From assembly GCA_014763705.1 (NCBI GenBank), contig JACXUW010000001.1:1-37413 (forward strand): a stretch of DNA of 37,413 nt, given 5' to 3'. Position numbers and translations under genes: made by a program. Below are positions 1-7,176 of this stretch, piece by piece (position 1 is the first letter of the stretch; each line of letters begins with the position of its first letter). The notes below the pieces were generated by a model that was not told the DNA's origin, searched no databases, and saw only the letters and a program-made list of their open reading frames with translations. Source of the DNA: Micrococcales bacterium (lineage in GTDB: Bacteria > Actinomycetota > Actinomycetes > Actinomycetales > Dermatophilaceae).

Positions 1-143
1 ACTTCTTCCATCGCCAGGACCGCGACGTGCAGGTCCTCATCGCCGAAAACAAGGGCGATGAACTGACCGATATCCTCGTGGAGGCGCTGTACGATGCCTT
101 TCGCATCCTGCGCGACGAGGCGGAAGGCGAAACACTGCACTAG
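1..143 (+). CDS. 3' end of an unidentified protein (partial, lower-GC DNA)
   Basis: Open frame from nt 3, FFHRQDRDVQVLIAENKGDELTDILVEALYDAFRILRDEAEGETLH, then TAG at 141-143. GC about 60% by hand count over nt 1-120, with GAA/GAT/TTT codons unlike the rest of the window. Confidence 0.5.
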   Translation, partial: FFHRQDRDVQVLIAENKGDELTDILVEALYDAFRILRDEAEGETLH

Positions 144-165
144 TGCGGCGGAACTGACGTTTCCG

Positions 166-450
166 TCATTGCCCGCTGCCGACGACGGTCCACACCCGGC
201 CGTCCGGTTCGCGCACCACCACCATGGCGTCGCCACCGATGCCGCACTGGCCCGGCAGCACCATCCAGGCGACCGCCGCCATCGCGAGGGTGGCGTCGAC
301 GGCGTTGCCTCCCGACGCCAGGACCCGGTAGCCCTCGGCCGAGACGGCCGGATGGCTCGAGGACACCGCCGCGGTCAGCCCGAGGGCGGCCACCCGCTCC
401 TGCGCGAGCGGGGTGGCCCCGTCCGTCGCCGGCCGCGCTCGTCCGGTCAC
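166..450 (-). pseudogene. ggt: gamma-glutamyltransferase, N-terminal fragment (truncated)
   Basis: GTG at 450 just after the Rieske stop. GGT N-terminal motifs AVSSSHPAVS, GGNAVDA, PGQCGIGGD, GSG. Stops after about 94 aa where composition changes; full GGTs are over 500 aa. Confidence 0.8.
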
Positions 451-454
451 GGGA

Positions 455-856
455 TCAGTCGCGGCGGAGCTTGCGGCGGCGGGGACCGCCGTGCTCGAGG
501 TCGCTCTGCGTGAGGGCGACGAAGATCTCGCCGTCCTCCTCGCGCACCGGATACACGGCGATCGGCTCGGTGGCCGGCGGGTAGATCGGGTCACCCGTCT
601 CGAGGTCGAAGACGCTGCCGTGGCAGGAGCAGCAGATGCCGTCGTCGACGAGCTTGCCGCTGGAGAGCAGGCAGTCGAGGTGGGTGCAGTAGTTGCTCGT
701 CGCGTACGCCGTGCCGTTGAGCCGGGCCACCGCGCACTCGTGCTCGCCGACGTAGAACCGTCGGACGTACCCCTCCGGCACCTGGCCCGAGCGGGCCACG
801 CGATGGTAGGTGGGGCCCCCCTCCGGGGAGGGTGCCGTTCCGGAGTCGGAGGTCAT
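455..856 (-). CDS. Rieske [2Fe-2S] ferredoxin (second copy)
   Basis: CTHLDC...CSCHGSVFD (CxH/CxxH), 133 aa, GAAAGG RBS, basic C-terminal tail GPRRRKLRRD. Confidence 0.9.
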   Translation of the reverse strand: MTSDSGTAPSPEGGPTYHRVARSGQVPEGYVRRFYVGEHECAVARLNGTAYATSNYCTHLDCLLSSGKLVDDGICCSCHGSVFDLETGDPIYPPATEPIAVYPVREEDGEIFVALTQSDLEHGGPRRRKLRRD

Positions 857-911
857 CGGGGTCGCCTTTCGTCGGGGTGTGGGTCCGGGGGTGACAGGTC
901 GGGGTGACCCG

Positions 912-2345
912 TCAGGGCGTGAAGTACACCGTCTTCTCGCGGGTGTAGAACGGGAGCATCTGGGGACCGCCCTGCTCCTTGTACATCTGGGTCGACGAGA
1001 GGCGGAAGCCGCCGAAGGGAGCGTTCATCGCGAGGCCGGTGGTGGCCTGGTTGACCTTCACCACACCCGCATCGACGTCCTGGCTGAAGCGCACGGCGGT
1101 CCGGAAGTCGTCCGTGACGATGCCCGCGGAGAGCCCGAAGTCCGTGCCGTTGACCACCTCGACCGCCTGCTCGTACGAACCCACCCGGAGGAAGGCCAGG
1201 ACCGGTCCGAAGATCTCCTCCTGGGCGATCCGGTCCGAGCTCTCGACGCCCGTGAAGAGGGCGGGCCGGGCGAACCAGCCACCGCCGGGCAGCTCGTCCT
1301 CGTCCACGGTGTCGAGGACGGCACCGTCCTCGCTCCCGTAGCCGAGGTAGGTGCGGTACTTCTCGAGCTGACCGGCCGTCGCGAGCGGGCCGAACGTGAC
1401 ACCCTCGGTCAGGCCGTCCCCGACGACCATCGCCCGGACCCGGTCACGGACCCGCCGCAGCAGCTCGTCCGCGACCGCCTCGTGCACGACGACCCGCGAG
1501 GTGCCGGTGCACGCCTGCCCGCTCAGCCCGAAGGCGCCCTTGACGACCAGCGCGGTGGCCCGCTCGAGGTCGGCGTCCTGGAGGACGACCAGCGCGTTCT
1601 TGCCACCCATCTCCAGCTGCAGCCTGACGTCCGGACCGACCGACCGGTGGATCGAGCGCCCGACCGACGTCGACCCGGTGAAGGTCACGGCGTCCACGGC
1701 CGCGTGCTTGACCAGCTCCCCTCCGGCCGTTCCCCCACCCTGGACGAGGGCGAGCGCGCCGGCGGGGACCCCCGCCTCGAGGAGCGCCTCGACGAGGCGC
1801 TGGGCGGTGAGCGGCGTGACCTCGCTCGGCTTGAGGACGACGCCGTTGCCGGCGGCCAGGGCCGGCCCCACCTTGCGGGAGGGGATGTTCAGGGGGAAGT
1901 TCCACGGCGTGATGGCCGCGACGACCCCGACCGGCTCCCGGACGCTGAGCACGAGGCTCCCGTCGCCCGTCGGGAAGGTGTCGCCGGTGCTGCGCTGGGC
2001 CTCGCCGGCGTAGTACCGGAGGTTCTGCGGGGTCCGACGGGTCTCCATCCGCGCCTCGGCCAGGGTCTTGCCCTCCTCGCGGACGAGCTCGACCGCGAGC
2101 TCGTCCGCGCGGGCCATCAGCAGGTCCGCGGCGCGCACGAGCACGTCGGAGCGGGCCTCGGGTGCGGTGCGCGACCACTCCTCGCGGTGCTCGGCCACGA
2201 ACGAGACGGCACGGTCGACGTCGGCGGGTCCGGAGTCCGGAAGGACCGCGACGACCTCATCGGTGCGGGCCGGGTTGACCCGCTCGACGGTCCGCCCGTC
2301 GAAGGCGGGGACCCACTCCCCCGCGACGAAGTTGTGCAGTGTCAT
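912..2345 (-). CDS. NAD(P)-dependent aldehyde dehydrogenase
   Basis: ITPWNFP, FTGSTSVG, LEMGGKN (catalytic Glu), GQACT (catalytic Cys), EEIFGP; ATGA overlap with the upstream reductase. Confidence 0.95.
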   Translation of the reverse strand: MTLHNFVAGEWVPAFDGRTVERVNPARTDEVVAVLPDSGPADVDRAVSFVAEHREEWSRTAPEARSDVLVRAADLLMARADELAVELVREEGKTLAEARMETRRTPQNLRYYAGEAQRSTGDTFPTGDGSLVLSVREPVGVVAAITPWNFPLNIPSRKVGPALAAGNGVVLKPSEVTPLTAQRLVEALLEAGVPAGALALVQGGGTAGGELVKHAAVDAVTFTGSTSVGRSIHRSVGPDVRLQLEMGGKNALVVLQDADLERATALVVKGAFGLSGQACTGTSRVVVHEAVADELLRRVRDRVRAMVVGDGLTEGVTFGPLATAGQLEKYRTYLGYGSEDGAVLDTVDEDELPGGGWFARPALFTGVESSDRIAQEEIFGPVLAFLRVGSYEQAVEVVNGTDFGLSAGIVTDDFRTAVRFSQDVDAGVVKVNQATTGLAMNAPFGGFRLSSTQMYKEQGGPQMLPFYTREKTVYFTP

Positions 2346-3562
2346 GCGTCAGCGCCTTCCAGTGCGTCGAACAGGTCGTACTCGTCGTCGGCGAGCGCGT
2401 CGGCCGGGACGGACATCGCCGACGACACGAGCTCGCGGGCGATGGCGATGTCCTCGGGCCGCCCCACCGTGAAGGCCGCGCGGACGCGGCCGTCGTCGAG
2501 GAAGAAGGCCGTGAAGTCGCGTCCGTCGAGGTCTCCGCGCACGACCATCTCCTGGTCCGGTGACGGATGGCCGACGCACTGGAGGTTGAGACCGAACTGG
2601 TCCGACCAGAACCAGTGGGGGTCGGCGAAGACGGTGGGACGTCCGAGCATGTTGTTGGCCGCCGCGGCCGCCTGCTTGCTCGCGTTGTCGAAGTGCTCGA
2701 CCCGCATCCGCATGTCGAAGAGCGGGTGGTAGTGGTTGGCGACGTCCCCCGCCGCGTACACGTTCGGGACGCTGGTGCGGCAGTACTCGTCGACGTGGAT
2801 GCCGTTGCCGACGACCAGGCCGGACGCCTCGCCGATCTCCTGGTTCGGGATGATCCCGACGGCGACGACGGCCACGTCGCCGACGACCGGGCCGGTGGAG
2901 GTCTCGACGATGACCTCGTGCGCGGTCTCGCGGATCGAGTCCACGGCGACCCCCAGCCGCAGGTCCACGCCGGCGTCGCGCTGGATGGCCGCGCAGACCG
3001 TCCCCAGGCGCTCCCCCAGGACCCGCTGGAGCGGCACGGGTGAGGCCTCGAGGACGGTGACCTCGGCACCGAGCTGCCTGGCGCTCGAGGAGACCTCCGC
3101 GCCGATGAAGCCGGCCCCGACGATCACCACGCGGCTTCCCGGTCGGATCCCCAGGCGCAGGCGGTCGGCGTCGGCCTTGGTCCGCAGGGTGTGGATGCGT
3201 GCGCCACGGGCCCCCGAGACCTGGCGCGGGCGTCCCCCGGTGGCCACGAGCACGGCGTCCGCCGCGATGGAGGAGCCGTCGGCGAGCTGCACGCCCCCCG
3301 TCGACCGGTCGATGCGGGTCGCGGCGGTGCCGGTCCGCAGGACGACGTCGTTCGCGTCCGCCCACTCCTGCGGCAGCAGCCACAGACCCGAGGCGTCCTC
3401 GTCCGTGAGGTACTCCTTGGACAGCGGCGGCCGCTGGTAGGGCAGCTCCGGCTCGTCGCCGACGATGGTGACGGTGCCGTCGTACCCTCGCCGTCGCAGG
3501 GTCCGGGTGGCCACCGAGGCCGCCTGTCCACCGCCGACGACGACGATGCCGCCGGCGCTCAC
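2342..3562 (-). CDS. FAD/NAD(P)H-dependent ferredoxin reductase (putidaredoxin reductase/HcaD-like)
   Basis: VVVGGGQA, PYQRPPLSK, IVGAGFIGAE, TSVPNVYAAGD, WFWSDQF; GTGA overlap with the Rieske gene. Confidence 0.95.
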   Translation of the reverse strand: MSAGGIVVVGGGQAASVATRTLRRRGYDGTVTIVGDEPELPYQRPPLSKEYLTDEDASGLWLLPQEWADANDVVLRTGTAATRIDRSTGGVQLADGSSIAADAVLVATGGRPRQVSGARGARIHTLRTKADADRLRLGIRPGSRVVIVGAGFIGAEVSSSARQLGAEVTVLEASPVPLQRVLGERLGTVCAAIQRDAGVDLRLGVAVDSIRETAHEVIVETSTGPVVGDVAVVAVGIIPNQEIGEASGLVVGNGIHVDEYCRTSVPNVYAAGDVANHYHPLFDMRMRVEHFDNASKQAAAAANNMLGRPTVFADPHWFWSDQFGLNLQCVGHPSPDQEMVVRGDLDGRDFTAFFLDDGRVRAAFTVGRPEDIAIARELVSSAMSVPADALADDEYDLFDALEGADA

Positions 3563-3885
3563 GACGTCACGACCGGGACCTCGACGCTGACCTGGACCTC
3601 GCCGTCGTCCGTCACCTGCACCGGGTACGTCGGCTGGCAGCCGTCCTGGTCCTCTGGCTCACCCGTCGCGGGGTCGAACTTCCACTGGTGGCCCGGGCAG
3701 ATCACCTTGCCGAACAGGATGGCGCCCTTGCTGAGGCTTCGCGCCTCGTGGATGCAGGTGTCGTTGAGGGCGTACACCGTGTCGTTGATGAAGAACAGCG
3801 CGACGGGGATGCCCTCGACGGTGACGGCCTTGCGCTTCCGGACCTTGAGGTCCGCGAGGTTGGCCACTGCGTGCCACGTGGTCAT
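3559..3885 (-). CDS. Rieske [2Fe-2S] ferredoxin (first copy)
   Basis: ATG at 3885 with GAGGAG RBS; MTTWHAVA...CIHEARSL...CPGHQWKFD; 108 aa. The ORF track over-extends it to 4809. Confidence 0.9.
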   Translation of the reverse strand: MTTWHAVANLADLKVRKRKAVTVEGIPVALFFINDTVYALNDTCIHEARSLSKGAILFGKVICPGHQWKFDPATGEPEDQDGCQPTYPVQVTDDGEVQVSVEVPVVTS

Positions 3886-3929
3886 TGCTCTCCTCACAGG
3901 GTTCGGGTGATCCTCGGTGCCCTCATGGA

Positions 3930-3969
3930 CACCGGCGTGCGAGGCACCTGTGTGCCCCGCACGCCGGTG
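3930..3969 (-). terminator. intercistronic GC-rich stem-loop after the diiron enzyme gene
   Basis: CACCGGCGTGCGAGGCAC-ctgt-GTGCCCCGCACGCCGGTG, an 18-bp stem; the one mismatch is a G-U pair on the minus-strand RNA. Confidence 0.6.
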
Positions 3970-3983
3970 GTCAGGGGTCGCGC

Positions 3984-4703
3984 TCAGGCCGCGGAGTGGG
4001 CCAGGTCGGGCGCGACGTAGGTGTCGTAGAGGGCCTTCGTGTAGCTGAAGCGCATCTCCGCGCCCCAGCGGACGAAGTCGAGGCACCGCTGCTGCAGCTC
4101 GGGGGTCGTCGCACCCTCGAGGACGATCTGGTACCCGCGCTCGCCGTGGACCTCGTCCGAGGTGATGTGCAGGTCGAAGAACTCGATCTCGTCCTCGGTG
4201 AAGCCGTACGACTCCCGCAGCGGCACGATCTGCTTCTTGTAGATGGCCGGCACCTGGGACTCCAGGCCGACCACGAGGGCGGCGGTGGCCACGACGTAGT
4301 GCTCGCGCATCGCCGTCGCGTAGCACCAGGCCTGGAGGCCGCGGGTGACCGCGTTCATGTTGTTGGGGTCCTCGATCCGCTCGCGCGAGGTGCCGCAGGC
4401 CTCCGCGAAGCGGATGAGCAGGTCGGTGTGGCGGATGTCGGCCAGCTCCTCCTCGTACATGTTCTGGAGGAGGAAGTCCTTGGCGTCGGTGAAGTGGTCC
4501 GGGGTGTTCCCGTAGATGTATCCGAGGTAGTCGGCGAAGGGGCCGACGTAGTGGTAGTGGTTCTCCGCCCAGCGGGCGAAGTGGTGGCGCTCGAGGACGC
4601 CGTCCGCCCACGCCTGGCTGAAGGAGGCGTTGGCCGCCTCTCGGCCCTTGATCGCATCCTGGAGTGCGGTGCGGAAGTCTTCCTTGGAGAGGAGCTCTGC
4701 CAT
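3984..4703 (-). CDS. heme-oxygenase-like diiron oxidase/oxygenase (HDO; PqqC/CADD/TenA fold)
   Basis: ATG at 4703 with GAAAGGGA RBS, 239 aa. Motifs NMYEEELADIRH, LESQVP and FFDLHITSDEVH give the CADD-type diiron ligand set E85, H92, E148, H179, D183, H186. Confidence 0.88.
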   Translation of the reverse strand: MAELLSKEDFRTALQDAIKGREAANASFSQAWADGVLERHHFARWAENHYHYVGPFADYLGYIYGNTPDHFTDAKDFLLQNMYEEELADIRHTDLLIRFAEACGTSRERIEDPNNMNAVTRGLQAWCYATAMREHYVVATAALVVGLESQVPAIYKKQIVPLRESYGFTEDEIEFFDLHITSDEVHGERGYQIVLEGATTPELQQRCLDFVRWGAEMRFSYTKALYDTYVAPDLAHSAA

Positions 4704-4891
4704 CGGTCGTCCCTTTCGGTGCTGCCTGGTGTGGTGGCCGGGGTGCGCGACTCGCGGGGCGTCCCGACCGATGCCTCGACGGTACGCAGCGCCCGATCCC
4801 GACAGCCATGGATCATGTGCACATGGATAGCCATCGATTCGCAGGCACAATCACTGAGGCGATGCGAATTCGCCGCTGACAGGATCGCCGT

Positions 4892-5593
4892 GTGGAGCAG
4901 CAGACCCTGACGACGGCACCGTCGGCGACCAAGGTGCGCGAGGTGCTCGTCGTGGTGCTCGCCCTGACGAGCGGAGCCACCGACGCGATCGGGTTCCTGG
5001 CCCTCGGCAGCGCGTTCACGAGCGTCATGACGGGGAACATGGTGCTGTTCGGCATCGGTGTCGCGCACGGCGACACCGCGATCCTCGCCCTCACCGCCAC
5101 CGCCATCGGCTCGTTCGTCCTCGGGGCCGCCGTCGGGGCCCGGGTCGCCGGGAACCCCGAGGCGGGCGACCCCGTCTGGCCGGCCGCCGTGTCCCGTGCG
5201 CTCATGCTCGAGCTGGGGCTCTTCACCGTCTTCGCGGCGGCCTGGTGGGCCCTCGGGTCGAGTCCACCCGAGGGCGCCTTCCTCCCCCTGCTGGCCCTCA
5301 ACGCCGTGGCCCTGGGCCTCCAGAGCAGCGCGATCCAGCGGTTCGGTGTCTCCGGGCTCTCGACCACGTACCTCACGGGCACGCTGACGAGCGTCATGAT
5401 CCGCCTGGTGTCCGGGCACGGCTTCCGGGCCGTGGGGCACTCGCTCGCCATCCTGCTCGGCCTGGTGGCCGGCGCGGCCCTCGGCGCAGCGCTCGTCACC
5501 GGCGCCCCGGGGCTCGTGCCCGTGGTCCAGCTCGGCACCCTGACGGCGGTCATCCTCGGGCGCCGTGCCTTCCGACACGTCCTCGCGACATGA
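4892..5593 (+). CDS. YoaK/DUF1275 family membrane protein
   Basis: SGATDAIGFL, FTSVMTGN, ALGLQSS, TTYLTGTLT motifs; multiple TM segments. Confidence 0.88.
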   Translation: MEQQTLTTAPSATKVREVLVVVLALTSGATDAIGFLALGSAFTSVMTGNMVLFGIGVAHGDTAILALTATAIGSFVLGAAVGARVAGNPEAGDPVWPAAVSRALMLELGLFTVFAAAWWALGSSPPEGAFLPLLALNAVALGLQSSAIQRFGVSGLSTTYLTGTLTSVMIRLVSGHGFRAVGHSLAILLGLVAGAALGAALVTGAPGLVPVVQLGTLTAVILGRRAFRHVLAT

Positions 5594-6648
5594 CCTCCGA
5601 GGGCTCGTGGGTGGAGCTCGGGGACCTGCACGACGTCGCCGAGCGGGTGCTCGTCGCCGTCGGCATGCCGCTCGAGCACGCCGGCTGGACCGCCGGGGCG
5701 ATGGTCTGGGCGGACCGCCACGGCCGCCCGGCGCACGGCGTCGCGGGGAAGCTCGGGCAGTGCGTCCGGAGGATCCGCGCCGGGGGGACGACGGCACGAC
5801 CCCACCTGCGGGTCCTACAGGACCTCGGCGCGGCCGTCTCCGTCGACGCGGACGCGGCGTGGGGACAGGTCGCGGGCGTCTACGCCATGCGGACGGCGTT
5901 GGCCTGCGCCTCCGCCTACGGTGTCGGGGCAGTCTCGGTGCGCAACACGTCCTCGGCGGCCGCGATGGGCTACTACGCGTGGCTCGCCGCCGAGGCCGGT
6001 GCCGTCGGCGTCGCGCTGACCAACGGCCCGCCCCTCGTGGCACCGCCCGGCGGGGGCACCCGCATGCTCAGCAACCAGGGCCATGCCGTCGCCAGCCCCG
6101 GCCGCGACGGGGTGCACCTGCTGCACGACAGTGCCCTGACGATGATCAGCACGGGCCGGATGGAAGCCCTCGAGGCCGAAGGCACACCGCTCCCCGAGGG
6201 CGTGGCCCGGGATGCGACGGGGGCACCCACGCGGGACCCCGGGGCCTGGCGCTCCGGTGTGCTGGAGACGATCGGCGGCGCCAAGGGCTTCGGCCTGGCG
6301 GTCGCCTTCGAGGCGCTCACCGGCCTGCTGTCCGGCGGTGAGCGTTTCGGGCCCGAGGTCGGGCACCCGGGGGACCACGGTGCGCAGCAGTCGGTGAGCC
6401 TGTTCTGCCTCGCCGTCGACCCGCGCGTCGCCGGCGGCGACGCCGACCTGCCGGCGCGCCTGGAGCACCTCCGGGACGCCGTCCACGCATCGGCGAGCGG
6501 CGCCGCGAGCACCCGGCTCCCGGGCGAGGAGCGTCAGCGCCTCGCGCGCGAGACCTCCCGCGTCATGGTCTCCCCGCACCGGCTGGCCGAGCTGCGCTCC
6601 CTCGCCGACGAGGCGGGTGTCGACCCCCTGCCGGTCCAGCCGGCCTGA
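5590..6648 (+). CDS. Ldh_2 family oxidoreductase (AllD/DpkA/ComC-like)
   Basis: ATG at 5590 overlaps the YoaK stop (ATGA); ADRHGRPAHGV, VDADAAWGQV, GGAKGFGLA, RLPGE motifs. Confidence 0.85.
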   Translation: MTSEGSWVELGDLHDVAERVLVAVGMPLEHAGWTAGAMVWADRHGRPAHGVAGKLGQCVRRIRAGGTTARPHLRVLQDLGAAVSVDADAAWGQVAGVYAMRTALACASAYGVGAVSVRNTSSAAAMGYYAWLAAEAGAVGVALTNGPPLVAPPGGGTRMLSNQGHAVASPGRDGVHLLHDSALTMISTGRMEALEAEGTPLPEGVARDATGAPTRDPGAWRSGVLETIGGAKGFGLAVAFEALTGLLSGGERFGPEVGHPGDHGAQQSVSLFCLAVDPRVAGGDADLPARLEHLRDAVHASASGAASTRLPGEERQRLARETSRVMVSPHRLAELRSLADEAGVDPLPVQPA

Positions 6649-6681
6649 GCCGGCACGCCGTGGCACCGGCAGCGGAGGACC

Positions 6682-6960
6682 TCAGGCGTCGGTGGTCGGC
6701 GCGGGCTCGCCGGTGACCGGGTGCTCGGCCATGACCTCGTCGCCGAACTGGTTCGCGTGCCACTTCGCCGCCTCGTGCGCGAAGCCCTGGGCGTTGAGGA
6801 AGTGCCCGCGCGCGATGTGCGCGTGGTGCGCGGCCTGCACGTGTTCGCCGCGCTCGCTGTGGGCGGCCGCCTCCCGGTAGTGCCGGACGGCCCGGTCGAG
6901 CTCCGCGGCACACACCTGGTAGTGCTGGCTGGATCGGTCGGCGCTCAGGTCGTGGGTCAT
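6682..6960 (-). CDS. small His-rich helical hypothetical protein
   Basis: GAGGAG RBS; AVRHYREAAAHSERGEHVQAAHHAHIARGH...AHEAAKWHA resembles a family of His-rich small bacterial proteins. Confidence 0.7.
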   Translation of the reverse strand: MTHDLSADRSSQHYQVCAAELDRAVRHYREAAAHSERGEHVQAAHHAHIARGHFLNAQGFAHEAAKWHANQFGDEVMAEHPVTGEPAPTTDA

Positions 6961-7176
6961 CTCGCTCCTCGGCTGACGGTCGGGGTCCCGACGGCTCCCA
7001 CGGTAGCCAGCACCGCACGCGGTGGACCATGGTGAAGCTGCCCATCATCGGCGTCCTCGCCGTGTGCAGGACTGACGGACGAGGGGCCCGAGACGACCGG
7101 GGCGAGGACCTCGACCACGTGGGTCGCGTCCTCGCCCCGGCCGTCCGCCACGCGGATCTGCACGGTGGCCGCGCTG

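Noticed and set aside
810-2732. Long antisense or alternate-frame ORFs (e.g. 810-2732+, 12246-14084+, 18691-20904-, 25163-27526+, 30943-33429+)
   Set aside because: Shadows of real genes caused by scarce stops in high-GC DNA; low-complexity Arg/Gly/Pro or antisense-type composition with no motifs.
3984-4703. PqqC, thiaminase II (TenA) or pABA synthase call for the HDO
   Set aside because: No pqq, thi or fol context; the full diiron ligand set and redox partners argue for an oxygenase, and the CADD sacrificial residues appear absent.
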